A DNA stretch of 64,000 bases from Alphaproteobacteria bacterium (GCA_044432975.1 JAWXUC010000004.1:30291-94290); one strand, 5' to 3'; shown: positions 1 to 8,779, counted from the first letter of the stretch. A program made the numbers and translations. Notes: a model not told the origin generated them from the sequence alone.

Positions 1-315
1 CCAGAAACTAAGTTTATGATTAGTTTGATTGATAAATATAAGCCTGTTAAAATATTATCTATACATGCTGATTTGCATTTGGTTGATTATGATGGTCCTG
101 CAAAAGAGATTGCCGCTAAATATGCTATCTTGTGTGGATATAGATTGGTTGATGAGATTGGTTATGCTACATTAGGTTCTTTTGGTACTTGGGCTGGTCG
201 AGAAAGAGGTATTCCTGTTATTACTTTAGAGACATGGGGAGCAAAATCAGAAGAAGATTTTGAACAGATATGGCAGGAAAACAGAATCGCTCTTTATAAT
301 TTTATTAATGAATAA
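1..315 (+). CDS. M14-family murein peptide amidase (MpaA-like), C-terminal part; 5' end outside window
   Basis: Reading frame is open from base 1. SIHADL..IGYATLGSFGTWAG..IPVITLE resembles the MpaA C-terminal pattern. Confidence 0.5.
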   Translation, partial: PETKFMISLIDKYKPVKILSIHADLHLVDYDGPAKEIAAKYAILCGYRLVDEIGYATLGSFGTWAGRERGIPVITLETWGAKSEEDFEQIWQENRIALYNFINE

Positions 316-379
316 CGCGAGGTTCGTGTTTGTACTGATTGTTTTTAATAGATAATTAGTGTAAGTGTGAACCTCGTGT
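316..379. repeat. 64-bp inverted-repeat element, short relative of the element at 56482-56661
   Basis: Arms CGCGAGGTTCGTGT (316-329) and GTGTGAACCTCGTGT (365-379) are complementary. The left arm plus the following TTGTACTGATTGTTTTTAA resembles 56482-56520. Confidence 0.5.
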
Positions 380-399
380 TAATCTTAAAAGACTTTGAT

Positions 400-446
400 A
401 AAAACGCCGAGAACTTTATGGGTTCTACGGCGTTTTTGCTTTTTTA
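400..446. terminator. Bidirectional intrinsic terminator between convergent genes
   Basis: AAAAACGCCGAGAAC / GTTCTACGGCGTTTTT stem with flanking A and T runs. Confidence 0.6.
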
Positions 447-462
447 TTTTGCTAATTAATGA

Positions 463-1185
463 TTATTTAGCTTCATCAATAGCTTTTTGAATTGTTTCAG
501 CATCTATACCTTGGATCATTTTTCCATTAAGGATAAGAGTTGGAACACCTCTGATTTGAATTTTACCAGCAGTTTCATTAGTTTTTGCTAATTGAGCTGC
601 GATTGTTTCAGAGTTCATATCTGCTTTTAATTTTTCTAAATCAACACCGTTAAGAACTGCTAATTCGTCAATTTTAGCTTCTGTTAATTTACCTTCGTTA
701 GTTAATAAAGCTTTATAAATTTCAGCATATTTTCCTTGTTCTTTAGCTGCTAAAGCAACTTTTGCAGCATATTGAGAAATAGGGCCTAAGAAAGTTAATT
801 CACGACCAATAATTTTTACGTTTGGATTTTTTGCTGCAATGTCAAGTAAAGTTGAAGAAACTTTGTGGCAATATCCACAAGAGAAATCAAAGAATTCAAC
901 TAAAACAATTTCACCGTCTGGGTTGGCAATAACACCAGCATCATCAGATACAACTTCTTTTAAGTTGTCTTCAATTGCTTTCATAGCTTCTTTTTGTTTT
1001 TCTTCCATCATTTGTTTTTCATAGTTTTGCATTGCATTGATAATCATTTTTGGATTGTTCATTAAAGCTTCTTCAATATAAGCGTCTTTTTTTGAACAGT
1101 TTGCACACAATACACATACAACTATAGCTGCAATAGATAATACTAATGCTATAAGAGATGTATAAGTAGAATTAATTTTATTCAT
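463..1185 (-). CDS. DsbA-family thiol:disulfide oxidoreductase with N-terminal membrane anchor/signal
   Basis: Hydrophobic N-terminus; thioredoxin-fold CxxC site FDFSCGYCHK. Confidence 0.85.
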   Translation of the reverse strand: MNKINSTYTSLIALVLSIAAIVVCVLCANCSKKDAYIEEALMNNPKMIINAMQNYEKQMMEEKQKEAMKAIEDNLKEVVSDDAGVIANPDGEIVLVEFFDFSCGYCHKVSSTLLDIAAKNPNVKIIGRELTFLGPISQYAAKVALAAKEQGKYAEIYKALLTNEGKLTEAKIDELAVLNGVDLEKLKADMNSETIAAQLAKTNETAGKIQIRGVPTLILNGKMIQGIDAETIQKAIDEAK

Positions 1186-1280
1186 ATTTAAATATCCTTT
1201 TTATTTTTTTGTTATAACAAATATAATTTAGCGAAAAATTAAATTTTTGCAAGTACAATCTTTTTAATGAGGAGAAAAAA

Positions 1281-1940
1281 ATGTTTAAAATTAATTTTAG
1301 TGCTTTTTCAAAAACGAAAGATTTAGAAAATAAAATAGATTTGTTTCATGATAAGCTTTTGGATGTTTCTATGACATTTAAAAAAGCGGTTAAAGAGTAT
1401 TTGGCAGAAAAAAGAAGCCCTAATTATAAAAAAAATAATAAGCAAATAAAAACTGTTGAGCATGATGCCGATACTTTAAGGAGGGGGATTGAAGAAAGTT
1501 TATATTCTCAAAATTTGATTCCAGATGTTAGGGCTGATGTTTTGGAGTTGATAGAACAGCTTGACAAGGTTATAAATAAGTATGATGAGGTTTCTTATCG
1601 TTTTTATGTTGAGCAACCAGATATTCCTGAAATTTATCATAAGAAAATTTTAGAGCTTGTTGATTGGGTTGTTGATTGTACAGAAAATTTAAAAATTGCA
1701 TCTCGTTCGTTTTTTAAGAATTTATCTGCGGTGCGTGATTATTCTCAAAAAGTTTATTTTATTGAACATGAAACAGATTTGGTTTCTGGAGAATTAAAAA
1801 GAGAAATTTTTAATTCAGATATTGAGTTGGCTCATAAAATGCAATTACGTGATTTTATAAATGATATTGCAGATATTGCCGATATTGCAGAAGATTGTGT
1901 TGATGCTTTGGCGATATTTTCTATAAAAAGAGATTTGTAA
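1281..1940 (+). CDS. DUF47/PhoU-like phosphate-transport regulator
   Basis: Helical DUF47-like protein immediately upstream of, and nearly abutting, a PiT transporter gene, which is the usual pairing. Confidence 0.8.
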   Translation: MFKINFSAFSKTKDLENKIDLFHDKLLDVSMTFKKAVKEYLAEKRSPNYKKNNKQIKTVEHDADTLRRGIEESLYSQNLIPDVRADVLELIEQLDKVINKYDEVSYRFYVEQPDIPEIYHKKILELVDWVVDCTENLKIASRSFFKNLSAVRDYSQKVYFIEHETDLVSGELKREIFNSDIELAHKMQLRDFINDIADIADIAEDCVDALAIFSIKRDL

Positions 1941-1941
1941 T

Positions 1942-2976
1942 ATGGTTGAGTTTTTATTCTTTTTGAGTTCTGGTTTATTTTTAGGTTGGTCATTAGGTGG
2001 AAATGATGCCGCTAATATTTTTGGAACAGCCGTTGGCTCTAAAATGATAAGGTTTAAGAGTGCTGCAATTATAGGTTCTGTTTTTGTTATTATAGGAGCA
2101 GTTGTTAGTGGCGCTGGTGCTAGTGGAACTCTTGGAGAATTGGGAGCTATAAATGCTTTGGGTGGAGCGTTTATGGTCGCTTTGTCTGCGGCTATATGTG
2201 TTTTTTTTATGTCAAAGTCAGGGATTCCTGTTTCTACATCTCAGGCTATTGTTGGCGGTGTTATTGGTTGGAACTTTTATGCTCATAAACCAACAGATAT
2301 TATGCTATTGTCTAAGATTGCCACAACTTGGATTGTTTGTCCTATTATTGCAGGTGTTGTTGCTTTGCTTTTATTTTTAATAATCAAGCAATGGCTAAAG
2401 ACATCTAAGATGCATTTGTTGCGTCAAGATTTTTATACTAGAATCGGTTTAGTAGTTGTTGGTGCTTTTGGGGCTTATGCTTTAGGAGCTAATAATATTG
2501 CAAATGTTATGGGAGTTTTTGTTAATTCTTCACCAATTAAAGGTGTTTTGGGTTTTTCTTCAACACAAGTTTTGTTTTTAATTGGTGCTATTGCTATTGC
2601 GGTTGGAATTATAACATATTCTAAAAAAGTTATTGAGACGGTTGGAAACTCTTTAATGGAAATGTCTCCGATTGTGGCTTTGATTGTGGTTTTTTCTCAA
2701 GCTTTTGTGCTTTTTATCTTTTCTTCAACAGACTTACAAGATTTGTTTATTAGTTTAAATATTCCGCCACTTCCACTTGTTCCTGTGTCTTCTTCTCAGG
2801 CTGTGGTTGGGGCTATAATAGGTATTGGAATCGCAAAAAAAAGTAATTCTATAAAATGGAGCGTTTTAGGAAGAATCGCAATAGGATGGGTGTTAACACC
2901 AATTATATCTGCTTTAATTTCTTTTGTTGGTTTATTTATGTTGGCAAATATTTTTCAAATTATTGTTGCTTATTAA
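1942..2976 (+). CDS. pit: Inorganic phosphate transporter, PiT family
   Basis: Polytopic membrane protein with duplicated GGNDAANIFGTAVGS / GANNIANVMG signatures. Confidence 0.9.
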   Translation: MVEFLFFLSSGLFLGWSLGGNDAANIFGTAVGSKMIRFKSAAIIGSVFVIIGAVVSGAGASGTLGELGAINALGGAFMVALSAAICVFFMSKSGIPVSTSQAIVGGVIGWNFYAHKPTDIMLLSKIATTWIVCPIIAGVVALLLFLIIKQWLKTSKMHLLRQDFYTRIGLVVVGAFGAYALGANNIANVMGVFVNSSPIKGVLGFSSTQVLFLIGAIAIAVGIITYSKKVIETVGNSLMEMSPIVALIVVFSQAFVLFIFSSTDLQDLFISLNIPPLPLVPVSSSQAVVGAIIGIGIAKKSNSIKWSVLGRIAIGWVLTPIISALISFVGLFMLANIFQIIVAY

Positions 2977-3307
2977 GTTCTTTTACAAGGATATCAAATT
3001 TTTTAGCATTTTCTTCTGACCAGCCCATCAAATAATTGTTACCCATGCAAAATAATGGAGTGCCAATTCTGTTGCCTAAATTGTGTTTTTTTGCGCATAA
3101 TAACATTTCTTTATAAGCTTTTTTATTAGCAATATCCATCATCTCTATTTCTAATTTTGGGTGAGATTTTTGAATGTCTTCCATTGCGGTGTGGCAATGG
3201 CCGCATCTTTGAGAATAAAATAAATATATTTTATTGTTGTCAATTTCTGCCTTTGCAGTTGAAATTAAACTAAATAAACAAACGAAGATAGCTAGTTTTA
3301 TTTTCAT
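2960..3307 (-). CDS. Secreted thioredoxin/glutaredoxin-fold CxxC protein
   Basis: Signal peptide (..LISTAKA) followed by the YSQRCGHCH active-site motif. Confidence 0.6.
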   Translation of the reverse strand: MKIKLAIFVCLFSLISTAKAEIDNNKIYLFYSQRCGHCHTAMEDIQKSHPKLEIEMMDIANKKAYKEMLLCAKKHNLGNRIGTPLFCMGNNYLMGWSEENAKKFDILVKELNKQQ

Positions 3308-3319
3308 GATTAAAATCCT

Positions 3320-3898
3320 TTATTCTATACAACAGTCAACAGCTTTTTTAACAAAGCTTTTCATTTTTGACCACTTACCATTAGTTTCTTCTTTGATTTG
3401 AGGAGAGTTTTCAGCAACTTTTGCAGATATTTTTTTAACATCTTCAAGTTTGTCTTCAACCCACTTTACATCGTCAATATTTAACATGTTCATATTTAAT
3501 CCCCAAAATAGGCAATATAAATCATATGCTTTGTTAAATAAGTCATAGGCTTCTTTTTTGTTGTTTAATGATTGTTGTTTTGTGCCAACTTCCATTAAGC
3601 GCATTGATGATGCAAGCAAGTGTTTTGAAATGCACCAAACCTCGCCTTCATATTGAGGGATAACTTTGAGCATGAGGCCTTTTCTCATTTCTCTAACTTC
3701 TTCAATAAGGTCATAAAATGAGTTTTTGCCTGTTTTGGCGCCAGAAAAAATAAGGTGTTCTTCAATTGAAATTAAATTCATGATTGCAATAGTTAAATCT
3801 TGATCAGAAGATAAGTCTTTTGGGTTTACTTTTTTTGATTGGTCTATTCTTTCTACAAATTCTTTTACGTTTTTTGCTTTTTTCATAACATCCTCCAT
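3320..3898 (-). CDS. Hypothetical protein (192 aa), no recognisable domain
   Basis: Long ORF with plausible spacing to its neighbours; function unknown. Confidence 0.45.
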   Translation of the reverse strand: MEDVMKKAKNVKEFVERIDQSKKVNPKDLSSDQDLTIAIMNLISIEEHLIFSGAKTGKNSFYDLIEEVREMRKGLMLKVIPQYEGEVWCISKHLLASSMRLMEVGTKQQSLNNKKEAYDLFNKAYDLYCLFWGLNMNMLNIDDVKWVEDKLEDVKKISAKVAENSPQIKEETNGKWSKMKSFVKKAVDCCIE

Positions 3899-3991
3899 TT
3901 ATTATTGATTATTATCTAAAATTTAAAAAAGTCAAATCAATGTTTGCAAAAAAATAAAAAAATGTATATATGTATATGAGAGGATGAAAAT

Positions 3992-4228
3992 ATGTATAGA
4001 TTTAATTTATTATCAGGTTTTTTTAGTTTGTTTTTTATGGCAGTAATTGTTTTTTTATTTTTTTATGCTGCAATTTTAGTTTTCCCTTTTGTCTTGGCGT
4101 TTTTTGCGATTGTTTATTTGGTAAGTTTGTTTAATAGAAAAGATGAAAAAATTGTAAAAGTCGTTAGCAAAGTTAAGGACGATGATGTTATTGATGCTGA
4201 GTTTGAAGTGATTGAAAATAGGGATTAG
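3992..4228 (+). CDS. Small membrane protein (78 aa), hypothetical
   Basis: GAGAGGA RBS upstream; two hydrophobic helices. Confidence 0.4.
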   Translation: MYRFNLLSGFFSLFFMAVIVFLFFYAAILVFPFVLAFFAIVYLVSLFNRKDEKIVKVVSKVKDDDVIDAEFEVIENRD

Positions 4229-4278
4229 TAAAAAATTAACTTTTTAGGTGTATTTTCACAAAAAAAAGGAGGCTAATT

Positions 4279-5667
4279 ATGGCTAAGTATTGTTTTTGTG
4301 GTATTTCTGGCTCTGGAATGAGCGCTTTAGCACAAATTTTAAAGTTTAGGGGTAATGAGGTTTATGGTTCTGATGCTGCTTTTGATAATGGCAGAGATGA
4401 GGCCAGGAAAAAACATTTTGAATCTTTGGGGATTAAAATTTTTCCACAAGATGGATCTCAGATTGATGATGATGTAGAGTGTTTGTTTTTGTCTGCGGCA
4501 ATTAAGGGGCAAAATCCTGATGTTGATGCTGCAAATGCAAAAAATATTCCGATAAAATATCGTTCAGATTTATTGGCTAATTTGTTTCATCAATATAAAC
4601 ACTCAATTGCAATTTCAGGAACATCTGGCAAGACAACAACAACTGCAATGGTGGGTTATATCTTAAATAAATTGGCGCAAAAACCAACAGTTATTGGTGG
4701 CGGAATTTTTAAGAACTATGAAGCCGAAAATGATATCGCTAATTATATTTATAATGATGGCGATATTTGTGTGATTGAAGCAGATGAGTCTGATGGTTCT
4801 TTAGTGAAATATCATCCTTATATTGGGGTTATTAATAATATCTCTAACGATCATCAACCAATTGAGGTTTTAGAAGAATTTTTTGCTGAATTTGCAACTA
4901 GATGTGATTTTGGTTTGATTGTTAATGATGACTGCGAATATTTATCAGAAATTAATCATCATAAAAATACAGTTAGATATGCTCTTGATCATAGACCTGT
5001 TAGATTTTCTTTGAAGAATCCTGATGCAGATTTGTTTGCAACTAATATTAAGCCAATTAAAGGTGGTATTAGTTATGACTTAGGAAATCAAAATTTTAAG
5101 CTTAATTTGTTGGGTAATTTTAATGTTTCTAACGCATTGGCTGCAATTGCAGTTTGTGAGTTGTTAGGGATTGATAAATATGATGCAGCAACAGCTTTAG
5201 AAAGCTTTTTGGGTACAAAAAGACGTTTAGAGTTAATTGGTGTTAAAAATAACATTACAGTTATTGATGACTTTGCGCATAATCCTGACAAGATTTATAA
5301 CTCTACAAAAGCATTAAAAGATTATGATGGCAGAATTATTGTAATGTTTCAACCTCATGGTGTGCCAAATATGAAGATTATGGGTATGGAAATCATGGAA
5401 AGCTATGCAAAGGTTTTGGGCAAAGATGATATTTTGGTTATGCCAGAAATCTTTTTAGCAGCACCAGAAGATTTAACAGAAATGTCTTCGCAAAAATTGA
5501 TAGATTATGCAAAAAGCATGGGTGTTAATGCTCACTTTTTGGGTACAAAAGAAAATTGTAAAAACTTTATGGCAGAAAATGCTAAAAGTGGCGATAGAAT
5601 TTTGATTCAAGGCGCAAGAGATAATTCTCTTCCAGCTTTTTGTGTTGAAGTATTAGAAGCTTTGTAA
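4279..5667 (+). CDS. Mur ligase family protein (MurC/Mpl-like UDP-N-acetylmuramate ligase)
   Basis: GISGSGMSALA N-terminal nucleotide-binding fold, GTSGKTTTT P-loop, DDFAHNP and FQPH motifs. The gene is not in a dcw cluster, so MurC versus Mpl cannot be decided. Confidence 0.8.
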   Translation: MAKYCFCGISGSGMSALAQILKFRGNEVYGSDAAFDNGRDEARKKHFESLGIKIFPQDGSQIDDDVECLFLSAAIKGQNPDVDAANAKNIPIKYRSDLLANLFHQYKHSIAISGTSGKTTTTAMVGYILNKLAQKPTVIGGGIFKNYEAENDIANYIYNDGDICVIEADESDGSLVKYHPYIGVINNISNDHQPIEVLEEFFAEFATRCDFGLIVNDDCEYLSEINHHKNTVRYALDHRPVRFSLKNPDADLFATNIKPIKGGISYDLGNQNFKLNLLGNFNVSNALAAIAVCELLGIDKYDAATALESFLGTKRRLELIGVKNNITVIDDFAHNPDKIYNSTKALKDYDGRIIVMFQPHGVPNMKIMGMEIMESYAKVLGKDDILVMPEIFLAAPEDLTEMSSQKLIDYAKSMGVNAHFLGTKENCKNFMAENAKSGDRILIQGARDNSLPAFCVEVLEAL

Positions 5668-5693
5668 TTTAAATTATTGTTGTGTAATTTGAT

Positions 5694-5723
5694 AGGGCGC
5701 ATTTTATTATGCGTCCCTTTTTT
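5694..5723 (+). terminator. Intrinsic terminator after the Mur ligase gene
   Basis: AGGGCGCAT / ATGCGTCCCT stem followed by a T-run. Confidence 0.6.
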
Positions 5724-5824
5724 ATAATTTAGAGCAATTTGTAGAGAAGCCTTTTATTATAAAAAACTCACTTTTTGAACATACGCCAAACCCCCAGCCT
5801 GTAAGGGCTAGGGGTTGTTTTTGC

Positions 5825-5860
5825 AGTGTCTATTTTAAACGACCGTCTAGAATAGACACT
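5825..5860. repeat. Palindromic repeat, family AGTGTCTATT..AATAGACACT (degenerate copy)
   Basis: 10-bp arms; shares AGTGTCTATTTTAAACG with 5932-5969. Confidence 0.6.
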
Positions 5861-5931
5861 ATCATAAAGTTAGAAAAAAATCAAGAAATAAGTAAAATCA
5901 ATAACATAATTTCATAAAACTGTAACACTAA

Positions 5932-5969
5932 AAGTGTCTATTTTAAACGGTGGTTTAAAATAGACACTT
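5932..5969. repeat. Palindromic repeat, same family, perfect 17-bp stem
   Basis: AAGTGTCTATTTTAAAC-GGTG-GTTTAAAATAGACACTT. Confidence 0.7.
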
Positions 5970-6275
5970 GGATTTTGTGATTGGTGTCAAAATACCAGAA
6001 TATATGGGCTTATGGGCAGTCAATAATCCTCCCAAAGTATTTATTTTCTGCCCATATTCACCAAAAAACGCAATTTTTGCACTTTTTTGCAAAAATGCTC
6101 ATTAAAAATTCCCCTTCACAAGTGAAGGGGTGGCGCCAAAGGCGACGGGGTAGTTATGGAGTGGATTTCACATCCGCCTATATGTAGGGGACGTATTATG
6201 CATCCCACAAAAAGGATTAATTGCCATCGTCATGCTGAATTTATTTCAGCATCTAAAAGGGGATCCTGAAACAAG

Positions 6276-6335
6276 TTCAGGATGATGATTTGGGGTTTAG
6301 GATGACGGCTTGGGGTTTAGGATGACGTTTGGGGG
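6276..6335. repeat. Tandem repeat, 3 x 20 bp (TTTAGGATGACGGCTTGGGG-like)
   Basis: Units at 6276-6295, 6296-6315 and 6316-6335 read directly from the sequence. Confidence 0.8.
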
Positions 6336-6347
6336 TGTCATAACTCT

Positions 6348-6371
6348 GTAGGGTACGGTCTTGACCGTACC
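6348..6371 (+). repeat. REP element (GTAGGG head + hairpin)
   Basis: GTAGGGTACGGTC-TT-GACCGTACC. Confidence 0.75.
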
Positions 6372-6392
6372 TGAAAAAGAATTGTTTTTTTC

Positions 6393-6424
6393 GATTGGAT
6401 TGCCGCGCTACGCTCGCAATGACA
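6393..6424 (+). repeat. Second hairpin-repeat family (GATTGGATTGC..GCAATGACA), solo copy
   Basis: Same conserved flanks as the inverted repeats around the GIY-YIG gene (44162-44191 / 44534-44563) and as 57996-58026. Confidence 0.7.
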
Positions 6425-6438
6425 GTTGAGATTAAATC

Positions 6439-6463
6439 GTAGGGAACGGCGTCTCGACGTTCC
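6439..6463 (+). repeat. REP element (GTAGGG head + hairpin)
   Basis: GTAGGGAACG-GCGTCTCGA-CGTTCC. Confidence 0.7.
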
Positions 6464-6479
6464 ACAACTGAAATTGTGG

Positions 6480-6501
6480 GGGACGATGTCCACATCGTCC
6501 C
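6480..6501 (+). repeat. REP-like hairpin with variant head (TGTGG)
   Basis: GGGACGATG-TCCA-CATCGTCCC, a 9-bp stem. Confidence 0.55.
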
Positions 6502-6533
6502 GCCACTAAAAACTAAAAAAGGAGGAAATAAAA

Positions 6534-7268
6534 ATGAATAAAAGAATAATAACAGGAGGCACAATAGGTTTAACTTTACTCCTAAATGTAAATATAAGCT
6601 TCGCAGCAGAATCATGCGCTGTTGCAACAAGTTGTGATGAATTGGGTTATACAATGAATGTTGATGATTGTGTGAAAGGAGAGCCTTATCTTGTCTGTCC
6701 TTTTGATGTTAATAAAGCAAATTGTAGGCATAAATATTGTTATGGGGTCTATAGTTGGGAAGTTAATGATACAAGTAAAGAAATAACAGGAGTGAGAATT
6801 CCAAATGTTAATCTTTGTTTAAGTTTAATAGAGGGAAGCAGTGAAAATCCTGTAGTAGAATGGAAAGATGGTGAGGTAAGGGGTTCTTCTGGTGATAATT
6901 ATTATTCTTGGGGATACATAATGGGTTTTGAAAAAACTTGTTCTGGTGAGCTGTGTGGTTCTGTTGATTCTCCTTTAGGTTATTGTAAGACTGTGTTTGG
7001 CGGACATGGTTGGCGTATGCCTACGAGATCTGAATTGTCGCAAGTTGCAGCTAATTATGTTACATTAAATTCTGCATTAGATAATGATAAAATTACAAGA
7101 AAAGATGAATTGGAAATATGGCTCTGGGCATCTGATGAATATGAGACAATTAGAGCTTATGCTGTTAGTATTAAGGATGGTTTTTTTAATTATAATCATT
7201 ATAAAGATGGCTCTAATACAGATGATCTTGGAAACCCTACAGCAACGCGTTGTGTACGTTCTTATTAA
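6534..7268 (+). CDS. Secreted Cys-rich protein with C-terminal DUF1566 (Lcl C-terminal) domain
   Basis: AGGAGG RBS, signal peptide (..NISFAAE), and the hallmark WRMPTRSEL ... TRCVRSY. Confidence 0.65.
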   Translation: MNKRIITGGTIGLTLLLNVNISFAAESCAVATSCDELGYTMNVDDCVKGEPYLVCPFDVNKANCRHKYCYGVYSWEVNDTSKEITGVRIPNVNLCLSLIEGSSENPVVEWKDGEVRGSSGDNYYSWGYIMGFEKTCSGELCGSVDSPLGYCKTVFGGHGWRMPTRSELSQVAANYVTLNSALDNDKITRKDELEIWLWASDEYETIRAYAVSIKDGFFNYNHYKDGSNTDDLGNPTATRCVRSY

Positions 7269-7287
7269 AGATCTTGTGTTTGATAAG

Positions 7288-7317
7288 AAAAAGCGGGAAT
7301 GTTTTCCCGCTTTTTTT
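7288..7317. terminator. Bidirectional intrinsic terminator
   Basis: AAAAAGCGGGAA / TTCCCGCTTTTT. Confidence 0.7.
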
Positions 7318-7318
7318 G

Positions 7319-7894
7319 TTATTTCTCTACATATTGGCTTAGGTATTTGTCTATGTTTAGATTCATTTGAGTGTTGAAGGCGTCAAATAATTTTTCTACC
7401 ATAGAGTTCCAATATTTTTCTTTTTGAGCGATTGGAGTGTCCGCTGGGATAGTTAGCTCTCTCCATGCTTGGATTTCTGTTTGAGCTGTTGAGAGGTTGT
7501 CTGTGTTTTTAACTGCAACTTCAATGTATAATTTTGCTTTATATTTTAATGAATCTTTTTTTAATAATGTGTCTGATTTTATTAATTCTTCTGTAACGCT
7601 AGCGTCTTTTATTGTAACAATAGCCTCATTTGATGATAATAAATCAACAGCTTTTAATCTATCTGACACCCAAATTTTTGTAACTTTTTCTAAAGAGTTT
7701 GGAAATAAGTGTTCTACATTTGGACGGCGAAAAGATGGAGTGAATTCTGAAACGGTTGAAATGCTATTTACATTAAGTTTGATTGCAGGTTCATCTAAAA
7801 ATCTTGGTGCTTCATAAGTTTCTGTAGAATTAGATGTTGTGTTGCAAGCACTAATAAATAACATACATAAAATTGAGGTAATCGTTTTTTTCAT
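7319..7894 (-). CDS. Lipoprotein, hypothetical
   Basis: Lipobox LFISAC after a signal sequence. Confidence 0.55.
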   Translation of the reverse strand: MKKTITSILCMLFISACNTTSNSTETYEAPRFLDEPAIKLNVNSISTVSEFTPSFRRPNVEHLFPNSLEKVTKIWVSDRLKAVDLLSSNEAIVTIKDASVTEELIKSDTLLKKDSLKYKAKLYIEVAVKNTDNLSTAQTEIQAWRELTIPADTPIAQKEKYWNSMVEKLFDAFNTQMNLNIDKYLSQYVEK

Positions 7895-7903
7895 AATTTT
7901 TCC

Positions 7904-8779
7904 TTATTGGGTTATAAGTTCGCCTTTTTCGAATATATATTCTGAAGAACAAAATTCACACTTTGTTTGTATTTTATTATTTTCTGCAATAGAGTCAATA
8001 TCTTCTTTTGAAAAACCGCTTAAAGTTGTTTGTAATTTTTCTCTTGAGCAACGACATTTGAATTGATAAGTCTTTTCGTCGGTTACTTTTAAATCACTAT
8101 TATGAAATAATCTGTGTAAAACTTCTTGATTTGGTAAGTTTTGTGCAAATAATTCATCAACATTTAAGCTATCTGCTAAAATTTTTGCCTCATTAAAGTT
8201 TTCTGGATTGCTTTCTGTTGTTTCTGGCATTTTTTGAATCATTAAACAAGCTGTTTTCCATTCATCTTCATAAGATGTAAATAGTTTTATATAAGTTTCT
8301 ATTTGTTCTGAGTTTGTGAAATATTTTAAAACTAAATCAGCAAATGTTTTGCCTTTTAATTCAACAATGCCTTGATATAATTCTGTATCTTTGCCTTGAT
8401 CTACGGTGAAAGCTAAGTGTCCGCCGCCCATTAGGTATGGGGCTGGTTCAACTTCTCCGCTGGTTTTTCTTAAAGCTTGGGCTTTGTTTAATCTTTCTTC
8501 ATCAAAACTTGTGCAGGCTCTGATGTTGCCTTCAGAAGTTACGTCTACAACAACCTGAGATACAGGACCATCACTTTTGGTTTGTAATGTAAATAAACCA
8601 TCATATTTTAATGAACTTGCTAAAATGGCCGCAAGAGTTGTTGCTTCTGCTGTTAAGTGAGCTATTGGCAATGGATATTGATGGCGAGAATTTATTTCTT
8701 TTATAACGCTGTCTAATCTCATTAATCTGCCACGATAATTGTTGTTATATAACATAAATGATGTACAAATGTCTTTCAT
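7904..8779 (-). CDS. hslO: Redox-regulated chaperone Hsp33
   Basis: Hsp33 length and layout; C-terminal zinc centre CRCSREK...CEFCSSEY. Confidence 0.9.
   Translation of the reverse strand: MKDICTSFMLYNNNYRGRLMRLDSVIKEINSRHQYPLPIAHLTAEATTLAAILASSLKYDGLFTLQTKSDGPVSQVVVDVTSEGNIRACTSFDEERLNKAQALRKTSGEVEPAPYLMGGGHLAFTVDQGKDTELYQGIVELKGKTFADLVLKYFTNSEQIETYIKLFTSYEDEWKTACLMIQKMPETTESNPENFNEAKILADSLNVDELFAQNLPNQEVLHRLFHNSDLKVTDEKTYQFKCRCSREKLQTTLSGFSKEDIDSIAENNKIQTKCEFCSSEYIFEKGELITQ

Noticed and set aside
5981-6187. 68-aa ORF on the plus strand
   Set aside because: It lies entirely within palindromes and REP-like hairpins, has no RBS and has an Arg/Gly-rich composition derived from repeats.
6276-6335. 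Possible CRISPR array
   Set aside because: The repeats are directly tandem with no spacers, there are only three units, and no cas genes lie nearby.
6277-6654. 125-aa ORF on the minus strand
   Set aside because: It is a translation of the tandem 20-mers and REP hairpins, and it overlaps the well-supported DUF1566 gene start on the other strand.
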